Below, one piece after another: positions 9,398 to 18,857 of a DNA stretch of 36,923 nucleotides. This DNA is from Nitrospirota bacterium (GTDB lineage Bacteria; Nitrospirota; Thermodesulfovibrionia; Thermodesulfovibrionales; SM23-35), in NCBI GenBank assembly GCA_040753575.1, contig JBFMEC010000004.1, forward strand, positions 1 to 36,923, in the 5' to 3' direction. The notes beneath the pieces were generated by a model that searched no databases, had not been told where the DNA came from, and was given only the letters and a program-made list of their open reading frames with translations. The first letter of the stretch is position 1. Each line of letters begins with the position of its first letter. The position numbers and the translations under genes were made by a program.

Positions 9398-10276
9398 ATG
9401 ACCTATCTCTGGGTAGCATTGTCTTTGACATCAGCCTTCACCCTCGCCACAAGTGATGCCCTTACAAAGAAAGCACTCACCCATGGTAATGAATATCTTG
9501 TAGCATGGTTTAGACTTCTTTTTTCATTACCCTTACTTTTGATCTTATGGTTTTTAATTCCCTTGCCAAAAGTTGATATTGAATTTTATAAGGCCTTTAT
9601 CTTAGCATTGCCTCTTGAGATTCTCGCAATAGTTTTATACATAAAGGCCCTCAGGATTTCCCCGCTCAGCCTGACACTTCCATTCCTTTCATTAACTCCC
9701 TTATTTTTGATTTTCATTTCATATCTCGTGTTGGGCGAGAAAGTTTCATTCCTTGGCGGAATAGGTATTATTTTTCTTGCCTGCGGAAGCTATAGCCTTA
9801 ACATACACGAGTTCCGAAGAGGAATCCTTGAGCCCTTCAAGGCCATAACGAAGGAAAAGGGTTCAATCCTGATGATAGCTGTTGCTGCGATTTACAGTAT
9901 CACTTCCTCACTGGGAAAGATGGCCATTGAACATTCGTCACCGCTGTTTTTTGGGATCACATATTTTTTGACAGTAGCCATAATTTTTGGACCCATTGCA
10001 TTGTGGATGGGAAAGGCCGATCTTGGAAATTTTCTCGCCGGAAGACAATTTAAAGGTCTGCTTGTACCGGGATTCTTCTACGGGATTATGATAGCTTCTC
10101 ATATGCTTGCAATGAGCCTTACGAAGGTTGCCTACATGATTTCCGTAAAGAGGTTTAGCCTGTTAATTGGTGTCATATATGGCTATATTTTTTTCAGGGA
10201 AAAGAATATAAGAGAAAGATTTATAGGTGCAGTATTGATGTTTGTTGGCTTCGTAATAATCGTTATGGGAGCATAA
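9398..10276 (+). CDS. EamA/DMT-family transporter
   Basis: About ten hydrophobic segments in two repeats; SPLSLTLP.LSLTP and LGEK motifs. Confidence 0.9.
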   Translation: MTYLWVALSLTSAFTLATSDALTKKALTHGNEYLVAWFRLLFSLPLLLILWFLIPLPKVDIEFYKAFILALPLEILAIVLYIKALRISPLSLTLPFLSLTPLFLIFISYLVLGEKVSFLGGIGIIFLACGSYSLNIHEFRRGILEPFKAITKEKGSILMIAVAAIYSITSSLGKMAIEHSSPLFFGITYFLTVAIIFGPIALWMGKADLGNFLAGRQFKGLLVPGFFYGIMIASHMLAMSLTKVAYMISVKRFSLLIGVIYGYIFFREKNIRERFIGAVLMFVGFVIIVMGA

Positions 10277-10283
10277 CGGAGGG

Positions 10284-11387
10284 TTATGCAGAGAAAGCGG
10301 TCTGTATTGTCCTTATGAAGTTATCGACCAAGAACGGATTGAAAGAACTTCCGGCATCACTCTTCATTATGTAAAGTATTTCCTTTATTTCCAATTCTTT
10401 TCTATAAGGTTTTTGTCTCCTCAAGGCATCGAAGAAATCTGAGATTGAAACGATCTGACTAACAAAGTGTTGCTTCTTCTCGGCCACTTTGAATTTTGGA
10501 TATCCTTGACCATCATACCTGAGATGATGTTCGAATGCCACTATCGGAGCGAGAGGTGTCAGCCCCTTTATCCCTGCAAGATGTCGAGCTCCATATAATG
10601 GATGCCTTCTTATCTCTTCCCAATCTTTCTCGTTAAGCACCCCTTTCTTTCCCAGTATGTCCTTTGAAATAAAAAGCTTTCCCACATCATGCAGAAGTCC
10701 TGCTACTCCTATGTCACGCAAAAGTTCATCCTTTATACCGAGGGACTCTGCTTGGAACATGGTAAGTACTGCCACGTTAGTCGCATGCGTGTAAGTATAT
10801 TCGTCATGAGACTTTACGGGGCTTAACAATTTAAGGATGCTTGCCTCTTTCTTGAAAGCAACGATGAAGTTTACCACTATCTCCTCAAGTCCCGCCGCGT
10901 TGAGCTTCTTGAAAGGCGAGATGTCTTGATACGCTTCCTTAACCATTTTAACCTGCTCTGAAATGAAACCGTCCGCAGGAAGATTGGCATCTATTTGATG
11001 TCTTAGTAGGGAGACATCAATAACCCCTGTCTTGATATGCGGATAGGTTTTTACTTCGGAATCCATTTCTGAAAAATTGGCAATAAACTGTTTAATTTCT
11101 GAAAAAGTAATTCCTGTCAGGAAGTCAACGCGTGAAATCCCTTTCTTTTTAAGACGCTTAATGAGGTTGATCCCTTGAAGTCCTGGTTCTCTGATAGGTC
11201 TTTTGTTCACCACAAGGTCATCCTGTATAATAATTACTTCGAGGCTGTCGGATTCTCTGAGAAGTTCGTTCAAAATTGAAAGGACTTTCTCTGTTAGATC
11301 ATCCACAGAAGCATGTTCCTTCGAATAGAGAGAGCAAGTGGATATCGCAGACATGAACGTTGAAATGAACTTCTTTATGGTATCCAT
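10284..11387 (-). CDS. HD-GYP domain protein (cyclic dinucleotide phosphodiesterase family)
   Basis: YTYTH..NV, LLHDVGK, HHLRYDGQGYP and SDFFDAL motifs. Confidence 0.9.
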   Translation of the reverse strand: MDTIKKFISTFMSAISTCSLYSKEHASVDDLTEKVLSILNELLRESDSLEVIIIQDDLVVNKRPIREPGLQGINLIKRLKKKGISRVDFLTGITFSEIKQFIANFSEMDSEVKTYPHIKTGVIDVSLLRHQIDANLPADGFISEQVKMVKEAYQDISPFKKLNAAGLEEIVVNFIVAFKKEASILKLLSPVKSHDEYTYTHATNVAVLTMFQAESLGIKDELLRDIGVAGLLHDVGKLFISKDILGKKGVLNEKDWEEIRRHPLYGARHLAGIKGLTPLAPIVAFEHHLRYDGQGYPKFKVAEKKQHFVSQIVSISDFFDALRRQKPYRKELEIKEILYIMKSDAGSSFNPFLVDNFIRTIQTAFSA

Positions 11388-11397
11388 TTGAATAAGT

Positions 11398-13542
11398 TTA
11401 AGCCTTCTTCAACCGTAATGATTCTTCCCTGATATATTGATTTTTGGACTTTAATCCCGCCTCTATCAAATCTTGAATATCTCTATAAGGGTAATTCTTT
11501 AGCGTACTGTATATCTCTTCTTTAAGTTCCTCCAGAGCCTTTCTGAAGAGGATGCTCCTTTCTGAAAGAATATCCCTTAATATATCGAGAGCACGGGGAT
11601 CACGTATATCACCGAGAGCCCTGACTATGGAAATCTTGTCATTAAGATCCGTACCTGTAACGCCCCTCTTTCTCAACATTTGAGTCAGATCAGCAACGAC
11701 TTCTTTCACTTTGAAGGCCCCTGAAAGGGCTATAGCCTGTTTGACGATTTCTCTCGAATCAGAACGAAGAGAGTCCCTGAGCGCTTCTACACCATAACTA
11801 TCTTTAGCATTGAGGAGACATTTGATAGCTTCAAGGCTCACCTTTCGGTTTTCGTGATAGCAGTAAGGTCTGACATGGGGAATAATCTCACTGTTATTGC
11901 ACCCACTGAGGATATATAGCATATTTCTCTTCACAAACCATCGACCGTCACCGAGACGTTTTACCGCTTCAGGGATTGTCCTGTCACCGAAATGTTTTAT
12001 CAGATCGATAAGGAATCTCCTGATAGCCTGTGAATCTTCCTCGATAAGGGCATCCATCAAAGGTGAAATTATCCTGTCCCCATAATGGTCACAAAGAGCG
12101 ACTGCTTCCTCCCTCATCCGCCTGCCGAGGATCCTGAGGGAATCGACAAGTTTCGAGATAAATCCTGGCGAATAGCAATACTGTAACGCCTCGGAAGTTA
12201 GTTCAGGAAAGATGTTTTCTTCGGCATTTTGTTCCAGGACCCTTAATGTCCTTAGAACCAGTCTGTACTGACCTGTCCATATGATTTGCTCCAACTGCTC
12301 TTTGATGGTTGCGATAAAGTGTTTATATTCTTCTTCCGAGACACTGTCAGATGTGAGGAGTTCAAGGATTATCAGATTAAAATCTTTATCGATATAATCA
12401 TCGGTGCATTCTCTTTTTAATTCATCAAATTCAGCGATGATTTCAGAAGTGTCATACTCCAGAAGTCTCTTTATCTCTTTCTGGTATGTCTCATTCACAA
12501 AGACCTCAGAAATATCTTTGTCAAAAAGGTCAAACATCGCAGAAGGAAGGGATATGTCGTCGACTACAAGACTTCCTTCAAAGACAGGTGTTTCAATTCC
12601 ATCCCGCCTGAGCCTTGATAATTTATTGAGGAGGTTTTTAAGGGCCTCCGGTATGGCCAATTTTTGTTCGTTAATAGTGTCAAGGAACCTGATGACTTCC
12701 TCTATTGACAATTCCTTGAGAGCCTTCTCCGTTAGTTTTATATCTTTAGAAATAGTTCTGACGGTGGAGGAGAGAAACTGCTTCTTTAATTCAGGTCGAA
12801 GCTCATTAATAAAAGCCATCAGTTTTTTCAATTCCCCACCCGAAAAAGCCCTTTCTGAAGATCTTCTTACGTAAGTAGTAATGATCTTCTCATAGGACTC
12901 TTCTCTGAAGTTATTATTTGTGGTAGTCCTGTTCATGAGCCCTGCAAGTATCCTTGGAGGGATCTCACACATTTCATCGGATATATCTCCAGTCTCAGTA
13001 CCCGTAAAGAGCTTGTAAATATAACGTTCCCAGAGGTGAACATAGGGCGGCGTAACAGTTTTGCCGTCCTTGAAAGAAAATAATCCATAGTCAATAAATC
13101 CCGCTTTGATATGGACAAAATTGCGTTCTTTAAATCGCTCCTGGAAAGTGCTTTCCGATAAGTCCTTGAAATTTTCTGATATCAAGAGGTGAAAATCGTA
13201 AAGTTCATCTTTTCTCAGACCTGATAGGAATGTAATGTAGGCGATGTTCATCCTGTTCAGAGTGAGAGCAAATTCTCTGTAAACAGGATTTTTCTTGTCA
13301 AGATAGTAATCGTCAACAATAAGAATGTCTTTTGCGATGGCGAGAGTAATTTCGGGTCTTAGTTCAAGAAGTTTTTGCAAAAGGTCAAAGGCCCTGCTGA
13401 GAGACTTTTCGACTGAAGGATGATCTTTTGGATAAACTGATACGTTTCGGCGTGAGATGTTTAGCTCGATTATTGCATCACCGAGCAACTGGGCATCAAA
13501 GGGAATTTTCTTCCTCTCATCAGCCATGTTGTAAATTAACAT
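11398..13542 (-). CDS. HEAT-repeat protein (co-transcribed with the HD-GYP gene)
   Basis: 714 aa: N-terminal YP.DHP motif and C-terminal HEAT-like repeats (D.RWFVKRN, VRALGDIRD). Confidence 0.8.
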   Translation of the reverse strand: MLIYNMADERKKIPFDAQLLGDAIIELNISRRNVSVYPKDHPSVEKSLSRAFDLLQKLLELRPEITLAIAKDILIVDDYYLDKKNPVYREFALTLNRMNIAYITFLSGLRKDELYDFHLLISENFKDLSESTFQERFKERNFVHIKAGFIDYGLFSFKDGKTVTPPYVHLWERYIYKLFTGTETGDISDEMCEIPPRILAGLMNRTTTNNNFREESYEKIITTYVRRSSERAFSGGELKKLMAFINELRPELKKQFLSSTVRTISKDIKLTEKALKELSIEEVIRFLDTINEQKLAIPEALKNLLNKLSRLRRDGIETPVFEGSLVVDDISLPSAMFDLFDKDISEVFVNETYQKEIKRLLEYDTSEIIAEFDELKRECTDDYIDKDFNLIILELLTSDSVSEEEYKHFIATIKEQLEQIIWTGQYRLVLRTLRVLEQNAEENIFPELTSEALQYCYSPGFISKLVDSLRILGRRMREEAVALCDHYGDRIISPLMDALIEEDSQAIRRFLIDLIKHFGDRTIPEAVKRLGDGRWFVKRNMLYILSGCNNSEIIPHVRPYCYHENRKVSLEAIKCLLNAKDSYGVEALRDSLRSDSREIVKQAIALSGAFKVKEVVADLTQMLRKRGVTGTDLNDKISIVRALGDIRDPRALDILRDILSERSILFRKALEELKEEIYSTLKNYPYRDIQDLIEAGLKSKNQYIREESLRLKKA

Positions 13543-13581
13543 AAAATGCCAAAAAACAACAAAGAATATATATACTAAATC

Positions 13582-14343
13582 ATGTTCCGGGTGCTCTTGA
13601 TGGCCGCTTTTTTATCAATCTCTATCCCTGTCTATCCCTTTATATCTGATGATGAAACAGCCTCTTTTCAGAGAAAGCTCGAAGGAAAACCTCCTGGAGA
13701 ACGTATTGCCTTCTGGGCTGAAAAGTTTCTCGGCACTTCTTATGATCCAGACCCGCTTGGTGAATATGTAACTAAAAAAGTGATTGTTGCCGATGAGCGA
13801 GTTGATTGTATGTATTTAGTTTTTAGGGTCCTTGAACTTAGTCTCGGTAGAACCCCGGCGGAGTCTTTAGAAATTGCCCTGGATAAAAGATTTGTGGACA
13901 GAGGAATCATGGTAGATGGAAAGATTGTCAATTATGAAAATAGATTTCAATATGGAGAAGACATGATTGACAGCGGCAAATGGGGTAAAGAGATTACAGA
14001 AGAAATAAGTTCAATCACGGAGATAGAAGGTTCAAGAGGAAAGAAGAATGTGAGGATTATCTCCAGGGAGACCATGCAAGCTCTTTTTGATAAAGAGGGT
14101 CAGCATAAGAAGACCTTGCCTCTTCGGAGTGGAGATATTCTTTTTTTTATTAAATATCCTGAAAAACGGATTGCCGATGAGATTGTCGGACATATTGGTA
14201 TCATAAAAGAAGAAGCTGGTATTTTGTATCTTATTCATGCCAGTGGGATCAAAGACCGGGGAGGTACGGTTAAAAAGGTTCTATTATTGGAATATATCAA
14301 ATCTATGCCTTTTGCCGGGATAAGGGTAAGCAGATTTGACTGA
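13582..14343 (+). CDS. Exported DUF1460/NlpC-P60-like amidase
   Basis: Signal peptide; FLGT.Y, VDCM, GHIGI and LIHAS catalytic pattern (Cys-His-His). Confidence 0.75.
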   Translation: MFRVLLMAAFLSISIPVYPFISDDETASFQRKLEGKPPGERIAFWAEKFLGTSYDPDPLGEYVTKKVIVADERVDCMYLVFRVLELSLGRTPAESLEIALDKRFVDRGIMVDGKIVNYENRFQYGEDMIDSGKWGKEITEEISSITEIEGSRGKKNVRIISRETMQALFDKEGQHKKTLPLRSGDILFFIKYPEKRIADEIVGHIGIIKEEAGILYLIHASGIKDRGGTVKKVLLLEYIKSMPFAGIRVSRFD

Positions 14344-14487
14344 ATGATTTTATTTACTTTTCCTTCTCTGGAATTTTGTTAGCTTTCTCAGTTTTTTGTG
14401 TTTATGCTTGCTCATCTTTTTTTTACGCCACTTTACAACACTTCCCACGCAACAACCTCCTCTTTCCAATTAAGGTCAAGAACCATT

Positions 14488-17400
14488 CTAATGAACAGTG
14501 CTAAAGGATTTTGCCTGATCCATGAATGCCTCAAGTTGTATCTCTGTAGTAGGCGAATCAGTTCCATCATAGGGCAGACTAATACAGGGGACTCCGAAGT
14601 CGCTGCTCACACCTCTCAGTATGGCCGTTACGATGGTTCCGGGCATACAACCAAAGGGCATGGCGTTTATAATGCCTGAAGCCCCTCTCTCTAAAAGATC
14701 AATACATTTTCCGATACTTAAGATGGCCTCTCCCTCAAAGGAACTGTGTATATAGGAAGATGCCTTCTTCATTATCTCTCTGGTCTCAGGTTCTTTCAAT
14801 GTCTTTAAAAGGCCCTTAAAATATTTTGCAAATCTGTGCTCTATTCTCTTTTGAAAGAATTTTTTTAAAAGAAATTCAATAATAGCAGACTTTTCCTTTT
14901 TTAACAATGCCTTCTTTAAGCCCATGAAGTTTACGTAATAAATCCACTCTTCCACAGGTGCAAGCCATACCTCGCCGCCCAGTGCTTCAACCTTGTTGAT
15001 GAGATCTTCGTTAGAGAACCTGTGCGATCTGACAAAGATCTCACCAATTATACCGATGAGAGGATTCCTGTCTTTAAAGATCGGGAGATTTTCGAAGTCT
15101 CTCCTCATATCCTTAAAGATAGTTTCCAGATTACTATTGTTATTTCTTAGAGTTTGATATAACTTTTTCGAATAACTCTGATAGAGTTCATTGGCAGACC
15201 CTTTATATCTTTCGTATGGTCTCGTCTCATGAAGACATTTGTTCAAAAGTTCGTAAGCGATGATCCCTTTCCATGCATGCATCGTGAAATCCTTACCAAC
15301 AATTCCAAGATCAGTGTAAAAAGTAGTATCCTGGGTGGGTGCGAATATAGGAACATCGGGATAGCCAAGTTCATCAAGGACAAACCTATGAAAGATATTG
15401 TACTGGCCGAATCGACAGGGGCCGGTGCCGGAAGGCATAAAGAAGGCTGTTTTTTCTGGCATGAAGTTCGGTTCCATAACTTTCTTTACCATATCACCGG
15501 TAGTAACGGCACAGGGATAGCATTCTTTGCCAGAGACATATTTTCTTCCTATATCTATAGTTTTCCTGTCAGACTCAGGCAGGACTTCAGCATCTACCCC
15601 GCACCGCTGGAAGGCTGCTGCAAGGGCGAAGGCGTGATCGGCCATGCGAGGGATATAGATAGTACGTTTTGATTTGCTACTGATGAGAGTCGGTTGATAT
15701 CCTGTTATTTCTTTATCTCTGGTAACAACAGGCAACTTGTGGCTCTTGATTTTACTCTTAATGCTATCAATGAAGGCCTCACACCTTGTTATTATTCCTG
15801 CGTCTGCACTATGTTCGTCTATCTCAATATGAAGAAATGGTTTCTCCCCCATCTCTTTTCTGAAGTATTTGAGTATGAAAGAGTCTGGTCCACAGAGAAA
15901 ATTGCCAAGATAGAGGGCATAAAGGTTTTCGATATCCTTTATGAACCTTGCAGCCTTGAGTATCCTCTGTCCGGATATCCAGTACATGTTTGGCCATTCA
16001 TTCTCTATTGTGTATCTTTCCAAAGATATCATATCCATGGGGATTGATAGGATGCCCAGATCTCCAAGTTTCTTATGTATCTCCAGATTCATGCCGCTGT
16101 CAAAGGCGTTATAGGCCCTTCCAACAATCACAACAGTGATATCTTTAATTGACGATGCAATCTCACTCCACTTTGCCTTTAAGGCATTATTAAACTCCTC
16201 CTGTGCCTTCTGGGCAGAGTCAATCCCGCTTAATATGCTGGATTTTTTGACTCTAAAGGGCCTGAAGGCCCTTCTGAGTTCTTCTAAAAGATATCTTCTA
16301 TCACGCCTCATATTAATTACGGGAGTAATCAGTCGGATTCCATTAAAGGCGATCTTCGAAACATAAGGGATTGTCTGAGTATGGGGACAGGCAAGTCCCC
16401 TTTCGAAAGGGTCCTCGGGAGTATTAAGATTGATAAAACTTGGAAGTAACAGGGCGTCCACGTTTTGCTCGATTAGATGTCTAATATGTCCATAAGCCAC
16501 CTTAACAGGGAAACATGCCTCCGAAAGGACACTTTCAAGACCGAGATTGACGATCTGGCGGTTTGTCTTCGGGGATACATTGACTTCGAAACCAATCTCA
16601 CTGAGTAAAGTAGTCCAGAAAGGTAGATAATCCTGGAAAAAGAATATATAGGGAATGCCAATTCTTAGCCCTGGAGATCTGTAGTTCGCGCTTCTGCTCT
16701 TCAGCTCTTCAGATCTTTCATTATGTGCTTTCCACAGCATTTCATCTCTGAAGGAAAAAAGATCGGGAATATCTGATTTTCTTTTCTTTCTTACATCATA
16801 TTTTTCGCATCTACCACCATAAAAGAGAAGTCCCTCTTCGCCAGTAATCTTTACCCTGTTTATATCACAAACATTCGGGCAGCCCTTACATTCAAAGGAG
16901 GAGATCTCATAGGGGCATCTGGATAACTCAAATCCCTTAAAGGATGTTTTATATGCTGAGTACCGGGATTTCACATGCCGCATAGAAATTAAGGCCATGC
17001 CAATGGCACCTGCGACTTCATGATGAAGTGGAACGGTTATCTTTTTATTGAGATATCTTTCAAAGGCTGCCACTACTGCCTTATTAAAGGCAACTCCTCC
17101 AAGGAATTGTATATTCTCACCTATGGGCTTTCCCACAACAACTCTGTTTATGTAATTCTGGACTATGGAGTAGGAAAGGCCTGCAAGAAGGTCATTTTTT
17201 TCAACCCCCTTCTGGAGGTTTGCCATAAGAGAATTCTCCATGAAGACAGTGCACCTTTCACCGAGCCTGCAGGGATTTTTAGAAGAAAGAGCGGCCTCCT
17301 CAAATTCTTCCTTTATTGAGATGTTCAGTTTTTCAGCCTGCTCTTCGAGAAAGGAACCCGTTCCGGCCGCACAGGCCTTATTCATTTCAAAATCAACGAC

Positions 17401-18777
17401 AACACCATCTCTAAGAGATATATATTTTGAATCCTGCCCTCCTATCTCGAAGATCGTATCAACTGTCCTGTCGAAAAAAACTGCTGCCGTTGCATGAGCG
17501 GTAATCTCATTTTTAACGATATCCGCACTTACATAATCGGCAATCATATATCTGCCTGATCCGGTAGTACCGACTCCCATTATCTGGACTTTATCTCCAA
17601 TCTCCTCTGCTATTTCTGCCAGTCCCAGATTAACAGCATCTATAGGTCTGCCGGCTGTCATAAGGTATCTCTTTGCGAGAAGCCTTCCGTGCTCATCTGT
17701 CACAGCGAGATTGGTACTGATAGAACCAATATCAATGCCAAGGTAAGCCTCAATTCGTTCGGAGTTCTTAATCTCCCCACCCGCACTTTTTTCAAATCCC
17801 CCCATCCCCTCCTTACTAAAGGGGGGCGACGGGGGATTATCGAAGGGTAAGGAGGAATTTGAAGGAAGATTTGACTGATGACTGATGATTATTGACTGAA
17901 AATGCTCCATCAGAGGTGGGTGTCCTGTTTCAACAAGTCTCGGCGATTTCAAGAATTCTTCGAGCCCTGAAAGGTCAAAGTGCTGTATATTCTCACTATG
18001 CTTATCCTTCAATGCAGCGCCTATCGCTCCCATGAATGCATAATCTTCAGAAACAAAAAGTTCATCGAGTCCAAAGATTTCCTTAAAGGCCCTCACCATA
18101 CCCTTATTTGCGGCAACACCTCCTTGAAAGGAAACAGGGGATACAATTCTTCTGCCCCTCAATATCGTCCCTTTGAAATTTCTTGCTACGGCAAAACATA
18201 AACCCGATACAATATCCTCCAGGGGTGTTGCAATTTGCTGTTGATGTATCATGTCAGATTTTGCAAAAACGCTGCACCTTCCTGCAATTCTTGCGGGCTT
18301 TTTTGATCTAAGAGCAAGCTCTCCAAAATCTTCAATAGTAAGCCTTAGCCTCTCCGCCTGCTGGTCAAGAAATGAACCCGTTCCAGCTGCACAGACAGAG
18401 TTCATCGAAAAATCTTTCACAGAACCGTCTTTACTTAAGAGTATGAGCTTTGAATCTTCTCCACCTACTTCAAATATTGTCTTTATCCGGGGATAGAGTT
18501 TAGATGTGGAATAAGCTTGAGCTACAATCTCATTAACCGGTTTTATCTTTAGAACAGAGGCTATCAGCTTTCCCGCAGAGCCGGTGACCGAGAGTGAAAG
18601 GTTCTCTTCCTGTGACTCATCAGCAGCGACCACTTTAAGGAGTTCAAGAGCAACACTTAAAGGATGACCTTTATGTCTTTTATAGAGATTGTGAAGTCTT
18701 TTCTCTTTTTCATCGATAACGACGAGTTTTACACTAACAGATCCGGCATCAAGACCGATGAACTTTAGCCCTCTCAT
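14488..18777 (-). CDS. 2-hydroxyacyl-CoA dehydratase activase-type protein (tandem BadF/BadG/BcrA/BcrD ATPase domains plus DUF2229-like domains)
   Basis: Two copies of GxDxGS.S.K/N, E.GG.DSK, MN..CAAGTGSFL and RC.VF; C-terminal CFP, CGPDS and PFGCMPG. Confidence 0.92.
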   Translation of the reverse strand: MRGLKFIGLDAGSVSVKLVVIDEKEKRLHNLYKRHKGHPLSVALELLKVVAADESQEENLSLSVTGSAGKLIASVLKIKPVNEIVAQAYSTSKLYPRIKTIFEVGGEDSKLILLSKDGSVKDFSMNSVCAAGTGSFLDQQAERLRLTIEDFGELALRSKKPARIAGRCSVFAKSDMIHQQQIATPLEDIVSGLCFAVARNFKGTILRGRRIVSPVSFQGGVAANKGMVRAFKEIFGLDELFVSEDYAFMGAIGAALKDKHSENIQHFDLSGLEEFLKSPRLVETGHPPLMEHFQSIIISHQSNLPSNSSLPFDNPPSPPFSKEGMGGFEKSAGGEIKNSERIEAYLGIDIGSISTNLAVTDEHGRLLAKRYLMTAGRPIDAVNLGLAEIAEEIGDKVQIMGVGTTGSGRYMIADYVSADIVKNEITAHATAAVFFDRTVDTIFEIGGQDSKYISLRDGVVVDFEMNKACAAGTGSFLEEQAEKLNISIKEEFEEAALSSKNPCRLGERCTVFMENSLMANLQKGVEKNDLLAGLSYSIVQNYINRVVVGKPIGENIQFLGGVAFNKAVVAAFERYLNKKITVPLHHEVAGAIGMALISMRHVKSRYSAYKTSFKGFELSRCPYEISSFECKGCPNVCDINRVKITGEEGLLFYGGRCEKYDVRKKRKSDIPDLFSFRDEMLWKAHNERSEELKSRSANYRSPGLRIGIPYIFFFQDYLPFWTTLLSEIGFEVNVSPKTNRQIVNLGLESVLSEACFPVKVAYGHIRHLIEQNVDALLLPSFINLNTPEDPFERGLACPHTQTIPYVSKIAFNGIRLITPVINMRRDRRYLLEELRRAFRPFRVKKSSILSGIDSAQKAQEEFNNALKAKWSEIASSIKDITVVIVGRAYNAFDSGMNLEIHKKLGDLGILSIPMDMISLERYTIENEWPNMYWISGQRILKAARFIKDIENLYALYLGNFLCGPDSFILKYFRKEMGEKPFLHIEIDEHSADAGIITRCEAFIDSIKSKIKSHKLPVVTRDKEITGYQPTLISSKSKRTIYIPRMADHAFALAAAFQRCGVDAEVLPESDRKTIDIGRKYVSGKECYPCAVTTGDMVKKVMEPNFMPEKTAFFMPSGTGPCRFGQYNIFHRFVLDELGYPDVPIFAPTQDTTFYTDLGIVGKDFTMHAWKGIIAYELLNKCLHETRPYERYKGSANELYQSYSKKLYQTLRNNNSNLETIFKDMRRDFENLPIFKDRNPLIGIIGEIFVRSHRFSNEDLINKVEALGGEVWLAPVEEWIYYVNFMGLKKALLKKEKSAIIEFLLKKFFQKRIEHRFAKYFKGLLKTLKEPETREIMKKASSYIHSSFEGEAILSIGKCIDLLERGASGIINAMPFGCMPGTIVTAILRGVSSDFGVPCISLPYDGTDSPTTEIQLEAFMDQAKSFSTVH
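17791..17844. repeat. GC-rich palindromic element in-frame inside the activase gene
   Basis: AATCCCCC...CCCCTCCTT-ACT-AAAGGGGGG...GGGGGATT hairpin; encodes DNPPSPPFSKEGMGGFE in the inter-domain linker. Confidence 0.7.
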
Positions 18778-18857
18778 AGATAGGAAGATTATACCAATTT
18801 TATTTTTTTTCTTAAATTTTCGATTACTTCTTAAATTATGGCTTTCGATGAAATTTA

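Noticed and set aside
14398-18496. Numerous short plus-strand ORFs inside the activase gene (and similar nested ORFs elsewhere)
   Set aside because: They overlap well-supported long genes on the opposite strand or in another frame and show no recognisable motifs.
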